Part shown: positions 40,674 through 50,933 of the stretch, piece by piece
Numbering within the stretch: the stretch's first letter is position 1
How the letters are laid out: the number at the start of each line of letters is the position of its first letter
NCBI GenBank assembly: GCA_964057225.1
Contig: OZ059896.1
Location: 16,926,001 to 16,990,000, forward strand
DNA from: Auanema rhodensis
Lineage: Eukaryota > Animalia > Nematoda
DNA length: 64,000 nucleotides
Direction: 5' to 3'
Notes under the pieces: generated by a model
Databases searched by the model: none
The model's input: only the letters and a program-made list of their open reading frames with translations
Told to the model about the DNA's origin: nothing
Made by a program: the position numbers and the translations under genes

Positions 40674-43600
40674 ATGCGCTCCTTTTATTATATACTTCTT
40701 CTGCTATTGAGTACATTAGTTCTAGTTGAATCAAGAGCTTGTAAGTTTTATATTATAGCTTATTGCATACGTACAGACAACTATATGTTATGAAATTTAA
40801 AGATATTCTACTGTTTTTGAAATTCTTTCATGTTCTTCTTCGTCGTTTTTTTCAAAAATCAAAAACATCAATTCACTTTTTATCATTTCAATTACTATTA
40901 ATTAATTCACTTTCTTCAATTCGGGTTTATCACACCACTACTTTATTCTTTGAAAAAAATTAGAACAAACTACTTCAACGGATTATGCTGTGGCATCTCA
41001 TTTTTTGTTTTTTATAGTGTTCAAAAGACAAGCAGAAGAAGAAGGAGATGTTGCCGTTGAAGGAGAGGAAGGAGGTGGTACAGGACCAACATCTGTAGCT
41101 CCGGAAGAGGAAGAACCAACTGAAGGAGAAGGCGAAGGCGAAGGAGAAGATGATGTTACTACACCCGCTCCCGTAACCGATGAGGCTCCAGTAACTGATG
41201 AAGCTCCAGTAACTGATGAAGCTCCAGTAACTGATGAAGCTCCAGTAACTGACGAATCTCCAGTTACTGACGAATCTCCAGTAACTGATGAAGCTCCAGT
41301 AACTGATGAAGCTCCAGTAACTGACGAAGCACCCGTCACTGATGAAGCACCAGTCACTGATGAAACTCCAGTAACTAAGAGTTATGTCGACGAGCCAATT
41401 GCTCCTAAAGGAGATGTTGGATACGAAGCCGTCAAAGAAGATAACCAAGCCGAAATTGACCAATATGCTAACGCCAACATCAAGGTTGTTCCATCCGGAT
41501 ACAGAAGTCGTGTGAGAGCCAAACGTGAGTACAACGACGAGGAAATCACCCCCGCTCCAGCAACTGATGGATACGAGCCACCCGTCGAAGTCACCGAAGC
41601 CCCAGTTGACCAAGGATACGGAGAGACTCAACCACCAAGCGTTACCTCTGGATACAGAGCCAAGCGTGAGTACAACGACGAGGAAATCACCCCAGCCCCA
41701 GTCACTGATGGATACGAGCCAGCCGTCGAAATTACCGAAGCTCCAGTTGAGCAAGGATATGGAGAAACTCAACCACCAAGTGTCACCTCTGGATACAGAG
41801 CCAAGCGTGAGTACAACGACGAGGAAATCACCCCAGCTCCAGTCACTGATGGATACGAGCCAGCCGTCGAAATTACCGAAGCCCCAGTTGAGCAAGGATA
41901 TGGAGAGACTCAACCACCAAGTGTCACCTCTGGATACAGAGCCAAGCGTGAGTACAACGACGAGGAAATCACCCCAGCTCCAGTCACTGATGGATACGAG
42001 CCAGCCGTCGAAATTACCGAAGCCCCAGTTGAGCAAGGATACGGAGAAACTCAACCACCAAGCGTAACCTCTGGATACAGAGCCAAGCGCGAGTACAACG
42101 ACGAGGAAATCACCCCAGCTCCAGTCACTGATGGATACGAGCCAGCCGTCGAAATTACCGAGGCCCCAGTTGAGCAAGGATATGGAGAGACTCAACCACC
42201 AAGTGTCACCTCTGGATACAGAGCCAAGCGTGAGTACAACGACGAGGAAATCACCCCAGCTCCAGTCACTGATGGATACGAGCCAGCCGTCGAAATTACC
42301 GAAGCCCCAGTTGAGCAAGGATACGGAGAGACTCAACCACCAAGCGTTACTTCTGGATATAGAGCCAAGCGTGAGTACAACGACGAAGAAATCACCCCAG
42401 CTCCAGTCACTGATGGATACGAGCCAGCCGTCGAAATTACCGAAGCTCCAGTAGAGCAAGGATACGGAGAAACTCAACCACCAAGCGTTACTTCTGGATA
42501 CAGAGCCAAGCGTGAGTACAACGACGAGGAAATCACCCCAGCTCCAGTCACTGATGGATACGAGCCAGCCGTCGAAATTACCGAAGCCCCAGTTGAACAA
42601 GGATACGGAGAAACTCAACCACCAAGTGTCACCTCTGGATACAGAGCCAAGCGTGAGTACAACGACGAGGAGATTACACCAGTCGCTGTTACCGATAGAT
42701 ATGAGCCAGAAGTTGAAATCACCGAAGCTCCAGTTGAGCAAGGATACGGAGAAACTCAACCACCAAGTGTAACCTCTGGATACAGAGCCAAGCGTGAGTA
42801 CAACGACGAGGAAATCACCCCTGCTCCAGTCACTGATGGATACGAGCCAGCCGTCGAAATTACCGAAGCCCCAGTTGAGCAAGGATACGGAGAAACTCAA
42901 CCACCAAGCGTCACCTCTGGATACAGAGCCAAGCGTGAGTACAACGACGAGGAAATCACCCCAGCTCCAGTCACTGATGGATACGAGCCAGCCGTCGAAA
43001 TTACCGAAGCCCCAGTTGAGCAAGGATACGGAGAAACTCAACCACCAAGCGTTACTTCTGGATACAGAGCCAAGCGTGAGTACAACGACGAGGAAATCAC
43101 CCCAGCTCCAGTCACTGATGGATACGAGCCAGCCGTCGAAATTACCGAAGCCCCAGTTGAGCAAGGATACGGAGAAACTCAACCACCAAGTGTCACCTCT
43201 GGATACAGAGCCAAGCGTGAGTACAACGACGAGGAAATCACCCCAGCTCCAGTCACTGATGGATACGAGCCAGCCGTCGAAATTACCGAAGCCCCAGTTG
43301 AGCAAGGATACGGAGAAACTCAACCACCAAGCGTAACCTCTGGATACAGAGCCAAGCGTGAGTACAACGACGAGGAAATCACTCCAGCTCCAGTCACTGA
43401 TGGATACGAGCCAGCCGTCGAAATTACCGAAGCCCCAGTTGAGCAAGGATACGGAGAAACTCAACCACCAAGCGTTACTTCTGGATACAGAGCCAAGCGT
43501 GAGTACAACGACGAGGAAATCACCCCAGCCCCAGTCACTGATGGATACGAGCCAGCCGTTGAAATTACCGAAGCCCCAGTTGAGCAAGGATACGGAGAAA

Positions 43601-44907
43601 CTCAACCACCAAGCGTAACCTCTGGATACAGAGCCAAGCGTGAGTACAACGACGAGGAAATCACCCCAGCCCCAGTCACTGATGGATACGAGCCAGCCGT
43701 CGAAATTACCGAAGCTCCAGTTGAGCAAGGATACGGAGAGACTCAACCACCAAGCGTTACTTCTGGATACAGAGCCAAGCGTGAGTACAACGACGAGGAA
43801 ATCACCCCAGCTCCAGTCACTGATGGATACGAGCCAGCCGTCGAAATTACCGAAGCCCCAGTTGAGCAAGGATACGGAGAAACTCAACCACCAAGCGTAA
43901 CCTCTGGATACAGAGCCAAGCGTGAGTACAACGACGAGGAAATCACTCCAGCTCCAGTCACTGATGGATACGAGCCAGCCGTCGAAATTACCGAAGCCCC
44001 AGTTGAGCAAGGATACGGAGAAACTCAACCACCAAGTGTCACCTCTGGATACAGAGCCAAGCGTGAGTACAACGACGAGGAAATCACCCCAGCTCCAGTC
44101 ACTGATGGATACGAGCCAGCCGTCGAAATTACCGAAGCCCCAGTTGAGCAAGGATACGGAGAAACTCAACCACCAAGCGTAACCTCTGGATACAGAGCCA
44201 AGCGTGAGTACAACGACGAGGAAATCACCCCAGCTCCAGTCACTGATGGATACGAGCCAGCCGTCGAAATTACCGAAGCCCCAGTTGAACAAGGATATGG
44301 AGAGACTCAACCACCAAGTGTCACCTCTGGATACAGAGCCAAGCGTGAGTACAACGACGAGGAAATCACCCCAGCTCCAGTCACTGATGGATATGAGCCA
44401 GCCGTCGAAATTACCGAGGCCCCAGTTGAGCAAGGATATGGAGAGACTCAACCACCAAGTGTCACCTCTGGATACAGAGCCAAGCGTGAGTACAACGACG
44501 AGGAAATCACCCCAGCTCCAGTCACTGATGGATACGAGCCAGCCGTCGAAATTACCGAAGCCCCAGTTGAGCAAGGATACGGAGAAACTCAACCACCAAG
44601 TGTCACCTCTGGATACAGAGCCAAGCGTGAGTACAACGATGAGGAAATCACCCCTGAGCCAGAAACTGGTGGATACGATCCAGCCGTCGAAATTACCGAA
44701 GCCCCAGTTGAGCAAGGATACGGAGAAACTCAACCACCAAGCGTTACCTCTGGATACAGAGCCAAGAGAAACAGCTATGGAGATGAGCAAGTCACTCCTG
44801 GTCCAGATGAGGGTTACGAAACTGAGGCTCCCGTCGAAATTACCGAAGCCCCGGTCGACCAAGGTTACGGAGAGACTCAACCACCAAGTGTCACCTCCGG
44901 ATATTAG
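40674..44907 (+). CDS. Large epicuticlin-like secreted polyprotein (~1320 aa)
   Basis: Exon 1 40674-40740 (MRSFYYILLLLLSTLVLVESRA, signal peptide); intron 40741-41017; exon 2 begins L-FKR-QAEEEG. It contains an acidic region, 11x (A/S)PVTDE, 23x a 47-aa unit EYNDEE...SGYRAKR and a final NSYGDE...SGY-TAG unit. AATAAA at ~44945. Confidence 0.9.
41167..41376 (+). repeat. 18-bp coding tandem repeat, 11 full copies plus a partial one, (A/S)PVTDE
   Basis: GCTCCAGTAACTGATGAA units; (41365-41167)/18 = 11. Confidence 0.92.
41527..44904 (+). repeat. 141-bp coding tandem repeat, 23 copies plus a divergent 24th
   Basis: First EYNDEE codon at 41527, terminal NSYGDE at 44770; 3243/141 = 23. Confidence 0.95.
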
Positions 44908-45107
44908 ATAGTAATTTATTCTTAATTTAATTTAATTTAATTTAAATAAATATTTTCTCTCAAGTTGTGTTTCTTTTATTAAAAACTGCATATGTTCCAA
45001 TAATTCAATGAAAAATCAATTAATTTGTGAAATTTTTATTATTATGCTTTGAGCTTACGCATTACGAAAAACCTGATTAGTATTGAGATACGCTGACGCT
45101 GTTCAAA

Positions 45108-47561
45108 TTAGCTTCTGTATCCTGAGTCGACGACTGGAGCTTCGGTCTCGGCAACTGGTTCTGGTTCTGGAGCTGGAGCTGGGTTACATCCTGTGACAAC
45201 TGGAGCAGCGGTTGGAGCTGGAGTCTCTTGTACGACAACAACTGGAGCTTCCTCTACAGGAACAGATTCGGTGACTGGAGCTACTGGTTCTGGAGCTGGG
45301 GTGACTTGTTCATCTCCGTAAGCGTTTCTCTTGGCTCTGTATCCGGATTCGACAACTGGGGCTTCGGTGGCAACTGGAGCTGGGGCAACGTTGCAGTCTG
45401 GAACTGGAACTGGAGCAGCGGTTGGAGCTGGGGTCTCTTGTACGACAACAACTGGGGCTTCCTCTACTGGAACAGATTCGGTGACTGGAGCAACTGGTTC
45501 TGGAGCTGGGGTGACTTGTTCATCTCCGTAAGCGTTTCTCTTGGCTCTGTATCCAGATTCGACAACTGGGGCTTCGGTGGCAACTGGAGCTGGGGCAACG
45601 TTGCAGTCTGGAACTGGAACTGGAGCGGCGGTTGGAGCTGGAGTCTCTTGTACGACAACAACTGGGGCTTCCTCTACTGGAACAGATTCGGTGACTGGAG
45701 CAACTGGTTCTGGAGCTGGGGTGACTTGTTCATCTCCGTAAGCGTTTCTCTTGGCTCTGTATCCGGATTCGACAACAGGGGCTTCGGTGGCAACTGGAGC
45801 TGGGGCAACGTTGCAGTCTGGAACTGGAACTGGAGCAGCGGTTGGAGCTGGGGTCTCTTGTTCGACAACAACTGGGGCTTCCTCTACTGGAACAGATTCG
45901 GTGACTGGAGCAACTGGTTCTGGAGCTGGGGTGACTTGTTCATCTCCGTAAGCGTTTCTCTTGGCTCTGTATCCAGATTCGACAACTGGAGCTTCGGTGG
46001 CAACTGGAGCTGGGGCGACGTTGCAGTCTGGAACTGGAACTGGAGCAGCAGTTGGAGCTGGGGTCTCTTGTTCGACAACAACTGGGGCTTCCTCTACTGG
46101 AACAGATTCGGTGACTGGAGCAACTGGTTCTGGAGCTGGAGTGACTTGTTCATCTCCGTAAGCGTTTCTCTTGGCTCTGTATCCAGATTCGACAACTGGG
46201 GCTTCGGTGGCAACTGGAGCTGGGGCGACGTTGCAGTCTGGAACTGGAACTGGAGCAGCGGTTGGAGCTGGGGTCTCTTGTTCGACAACAACTGGGGCTT
46301 CCTCTACTGGAACAGATTCGGTGACTGGAGCAACTGGTTCTGGAGCTGGGGTGACTTGTTCATCTCCGTAAGCGTTTCTCTTGGCTCTGTATCCGGATTC
46401 GACAACTGGGGCTTCGGTGGCAACTGGAGCTGGGGCAACGTTGCAGTCTGGAACTGGAACTGGAGCAGCGGTTGGAGCTGGGGTCTCTTGTACGACAACA
46501 ACTGGGGCTTCCTCTACTGGAACAGATTCGGTGACTGGAGCAACTGGCTCTGGAGCTGGGGTGACTTGTTCATCTCCGTAAGCGTTTCTCTTGGCTCTGT
46601 ATCCGGATTCGACCACTGGGGCTTCGGTGGCAACTGGAGCTGGGGCAACGTTGCAGTCTGGAACTGGAACTGGAGCAGCGGTTGGAGCTGGGGTCTCTTG
46701 TACGACAACAACTGGGGCTTCCTCTACTGGAACAGATTCGGTGACTGGAGCAACTGGCTCTGGAGCTGGGGTGACTTGTTCATCTCCGTAAGCGTTTCTC
46801 TTAGCTCTGTATCCTGAGTCGACAACTGGAGCCTCGGTGGCAACTGGTTCTGGAGCTGGAACTGGGTTACATCCAGGGACAACTGGAACTGGAGCGGCGG
46901 TTGGAGCTGGAGTCTCTTGTACGACAACAACTGGGGCTTCTTCTACTGGAACAGATTCGGTGACTGGAGCAACTGGCTCTGGAGCTGGGGTGACTTGTTC
47001 ATCTCCGTAAGCGTTTCTCTTGGCTCTGTATCCAGATTCGACAACTGGAGCTTCGGTGGCAACTGGAGCTGGGGCGACGTTGCAGTCTGGAACTGGAACT
47101 GGAGCAGCGGTTGGAGCTGGAGTCTCTTGTACGACAACAACTGGAGCTTCCTCTACTGGAACAGATTCGGTGACTGGAGCTACTGGCTCTGGAGCTGGGG
47201 TGACTTGTTCATCTCCGTAAGCGTTTCTCTTGGCTCTGTATCCAGATTCGACTACTGGGGCTTCGGTGGCCACAGGTTCTGGAGCTGGAGCTGGGTTACA
47301 TCCAGTGGCTACTGGAACTGGAGCATCAGTTGGTGCTGGAGTTTCTTGCACGACAACAACTGGTGATTCCTCAACTGGCACTTCTTCAGCTGTTACTGGA
47401 ACTGGTTCTGGAGCTGGAGTAACTACCTCATCTCCATAAGCATTTCTCTTCACAACTATAATAACATAAAACTAAAAATGAAACGAAGAAAATAGACAAA
47501 TAGTACCGTATCTTCCGCTAACTAAAGCGGTCAAAGCGAGAAGAATGAAGATGCCTCGCAT
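45108..47561 (-). CDS. Epicuticlin-like secreted polyprotein (~800 aa; EPIC-1-like), 11 units of ~70 aa
   Basis: Exon 1 47561-47507 (MRGIFILLALTALVSGRY, signal peptide); intron; exon 2 from 47455 (VVKR-NAYGDE...). Each unit reads NAYGDEQVTPAPEP...C...VESGY-RAKR; ends DSGYRS-TAA. TATAAAA at 47602-47608 on the - strand. Confidence 0.9.
45111..47444 (-). repeat. ~210-bp coding tandem repeat, 11 copies
   Basis: The YGDE-encoding CATCTCC(G/A)TA recurs at 210-bp spacing (219 bp at two variant units) from ~45311 to ~47430. Confidence 0.95.
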
Positions 47562-47992
47562 GTTTGCTGCCGAGTATGTTTCAATACTGTCCGCCCCAGC
47601 CTTTTATATCGCACTATTCCGACCTTTGAATAAGACAAACCGGAATGACTGTGAACGGTTCCCTGATGCTTACTTTGTAACAATCAGCGAAAAAGTTATT
47701 TCGGTTCTGTGACGTTATGAAATATGAAGATGTAAGTACATGAGAGATGAACGATAGGATTCAGCATTTAGGTTCTAGGTGACGTTATTGCTTAGCTTGG
47801 TCACTTGAAGATTTTATGATATGGCTTTCTCTCGTTTTTTTTTCTGTTATTTCATCCATGTCTATCATGTTTTGCAATATTTCAACATGTCATCTTGATG
47901 TCGCAAAATATATTGAGTGATAATATAATATGCTTTTCTACAATTTGCATATCTTGAATGAAAAATTTATTTTGTTTTCCTGCATAAGGACA

Positions 47993-49506
47993 TCAATACT
48001 TATCGGCAAGTAAAGGATATTCACATACGTAATTGATCTTCTTGCTAGCTTGTCGTAATCCCCAGTATCCGAAAATCACTTGTTTATTGTCTTCATATTC
48101 TACATTTGTATACAAAACACCACCAGAATTGCCAGTTATATTTCTTGTATCATTTTCAAGTCCTATAATCATGAAAAGTAGAATCGTCTTTCATATAGTT
48201 TATATATCATTACCTTCGATGTTAGGCCTCCATCTTGTATATTCCATTTGATAATCTCCTCTTGCTGCGATTGAAGACGTTAGTTCCCACTTAGATTGAT
48301 CGTTGGAATAATGAATTGAAGTCCATATAATACCGAGAGGTGTGGGATTATTAGGTAATTGTTTAGCAGCCAAACCTACAACCATTTGTATTGATTTACA
48401 TAAATTCTCTTTTCTTTTTGACTTACTAGCAACGAATTTGTTATCGCCATCGCTAAAGATTTCAGCTAAGTGACCGTGATAGGTTGCGCATGATTCTTCT
48501 GCATTCTTTTGAGACAATTCATGTGAAAACGCTTTGAAGCAAGATTTTCCATATATGGCCCAAGTATTATCTGGACATCTCATAGCCTTTTGATCTGCCT
48601 TATTATCTTTAAATAGACCAAATATGTGATGAAAACTCTTAGTTATCTTTAGCACTAACGAAATTCACAAGCTCTTCCAGCAGATTGTTCTTCCCCTCCT
48701 ACAAGAATAGCTGTCGTAGCAGTAGCATATTTAACATTTGGCTGAAATAGAAATAGTTTTTTCCCAAAAAATGTTCTGTGCTATTTGTAATTTAATTGAT
48801 TGCTGAAATGCATTTTTTAGCAAAAAAATCATTTTCGCAGTAATAAGAGTAAGAAACTATCAAATCAACTTCTCTCTTCATCTTTTTTTAAAGTTTTTTT
48901 GTTACCTTTAAACCAAATTGTCCTATATATTCTTGCACTTCTTCGTTTTTAGTCATGCCATGTCCTCCATGATTTAACAATTTTCCTTTACGACCAAATA
49001 AGTTCAAAAGTAGGCAGTTTCCTACTTTATTCTAAAATAAGATCTCGTTTCTTTTTTTAGTATAATTGTTTTGAATTTTTTAATAAATAAACAGAAGAAT
49101 TATATGTTTGTTTATAAAAGCACAAGTCTATACATCTGCAGGCCATCGACGTCACAGCTATCATATCATAATGATCTAACATCATTATCAACACTGTGAC
49201 CTCATAGAAATATCTATGTCAAAACGTCACGCGATAAAATATATTTTTGTCTTTAAAAAAATTAAATGATCTGAATCAAAATAAAATCATATATGAACTG
49301 TTTTGAAGATTAGTTTAAGGAAAAAAATGGACAATTCATTACTTCCATGAATACTACACAATGATCGTTTACTACAGCACTATGATATTGCAAACCCCAG
49401 CATCGCTGTTGAAATTCCAAATCTGAATAAGAAAAAGGTTAAATGTATTTCTTTTGTCTTCATCTTTAAATCTCTCTCTCACTCTTGCTCTCCCTTGCTC
49501 TCTGTA

Positions 49507-49572
<66 letters not shown>

Positions 49573-50511
49573 TCTTCCTTTCTTATTTGTGCCTCTATAA
49601 TTTTCTGATTTTACCCCTTTCTATCTCTTTCTCTTGTTTTTTTCTCAACCTCTCTTATTCCCATCACAATTCGTGTTTCTTTCTGCTTCTCCGTCTGGAT
49701 GGGCATCTAAAAAAATGATGAAAGCCCTCAAGGACACACCACCCATGGCTTATTAGGGTTCCAGTAGCACCTCAAGAAAAATTAAAATCTCTCTCATAAT
49801 GCAATTCTCTCTCAACTTTTTCTAAATTCATCATTGTACCTCTTTTCTCTCGTCTTTGTTAAGAATCGTTTTTATTTATTTATTCCATTTCATGTTTCCT
49901 TTCTGTCTTTTCGCACTAACTATCCATTTAGGGCAAGAGAAGTAAATGAAATGACAAAAAATTGAAAACCGCTTAATAGTTCTCCTAGACTGAAACTCTC
50001 AATTGTGCGCTGTAAATTGACAGCAAACCAAAAAAAATTTGTTTAAGTCTATGTATGAATACATGTTATTTTTGTGAAAATAAAAGCTTTTTTCTCAATA
50101 AAATATTCTCTTCATACATGTTGATTCCTGATCTTCCACTAACATCTACACCTTTTTTGGTCAGAATCTAATGATTTTCAATGAATTCTTTGTCAAAAAT
50201 CTCAATCATCTTGCCTGCTTTCATACAGTGTGAATGAAGAAAAAAATGGGTTTTAAACAATTAAATGAGAAGAAGACAATTTCATCTCTTTTATTTTCTC
50301 TAAATAGGCACTTAGGGAGAAATATGTTTAATCATTTTGAGAACCTTTCTACCAAAAAAAAGAGATTTTTATCTGTTAATTTTTTTGAAAATTCGAAAAA
50401 TATACCTCGTCTTGGAAGAATGGCATCATCTGGATATGTGATCGAGGAGAAAGCAAATGGTAGCCAATAGTTGATCACTACTAATATGGATGAAACTTTT
50501 ATCCAAATCAT
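47993..50511 (-). CDS. Secreted C-type lectin-domain protein with an N-terminal Cys-containing extension
   Basis: Exon 50511-50406 (MIWIKVSSILVVINYWLPFAFS, signal-like) joins in phase to DLEFQQRCWGLQY..., NKVGNCLL..., PNVKYA.... The CTLD reads CPDNTWAIYGKSCFKAF...AEESCATYHGHLAEI...WTSI...YTRWRP...NYVCEYP-TGA. The 5' exons are less certain than the CTLD. Confidence 0.75.
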
Positions 50512-50933
50512 TAGAGTATCTCGTGTTGGTGTTTTTGTTGTTGCTGTTGTTGTTAATTGTGTATAGTACAACTACCAAAAGAGTAACAGCACAGCAGCAC
50601 TAGAAGTGTAGCAATCCGATGGGATTACGTCGAATGAAACACATTTTCTCAACGATAATTTTTATTTCTCTGGGAAATTTGCTCATGCCATTAAACACGT
50701 ATATCATATAATAAATAAAGTAGTTTATTCAATACATGACTATACATATATCATTCACACAAATAAATTAGAGATCATCAATATTCAATATAATACATTA
50801 CCATTATAATGTGATCATTAACAAATTATTTCACAAACAAATGGTGAAAATGAAGCAAATATGGATGGGGAGGGCGAAAGAAAAATGAAGGCATAAATGA
50901 GAAGATGAAAGGAAAAGTTAGGCTTTTTCTTCC

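Noticed and set aside
40975-44880. 1301-aa Trp-rich antisense ORF and the MSTTTRKSP alternative-frame ORFs
   Set aside because: Shadows of the 141-bp repeat: a stop-free frame in one unit propagates through all copies. Variation is synonymous only in the + strand EYNDEE frame, which also has the signal-peptide exon and TATA box.
45228-47439. W/G/N-rich 529-aa ORF and the repeated 65-69-aa ORFs
   Set aside because: Antisense or alternative-frame shadows of the 210-bp coding repeat.
41527-47444. CRISPR-like or satellite interpretation of the tandem arrays
   Set aside because: No unique spacers, eukaryotic context, and the units are in-frame protein-coding repeats.
41527-47444. Neuropeptide precursor or nematode polyprotein allergen (NPA) interpretation
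   Set aside because: Units are long, acidic and Pro-rich with no Gly-amidation signal before the basic site and no helical lipid-binding pattern; YGD/GYR motifs fit epicuticlins.
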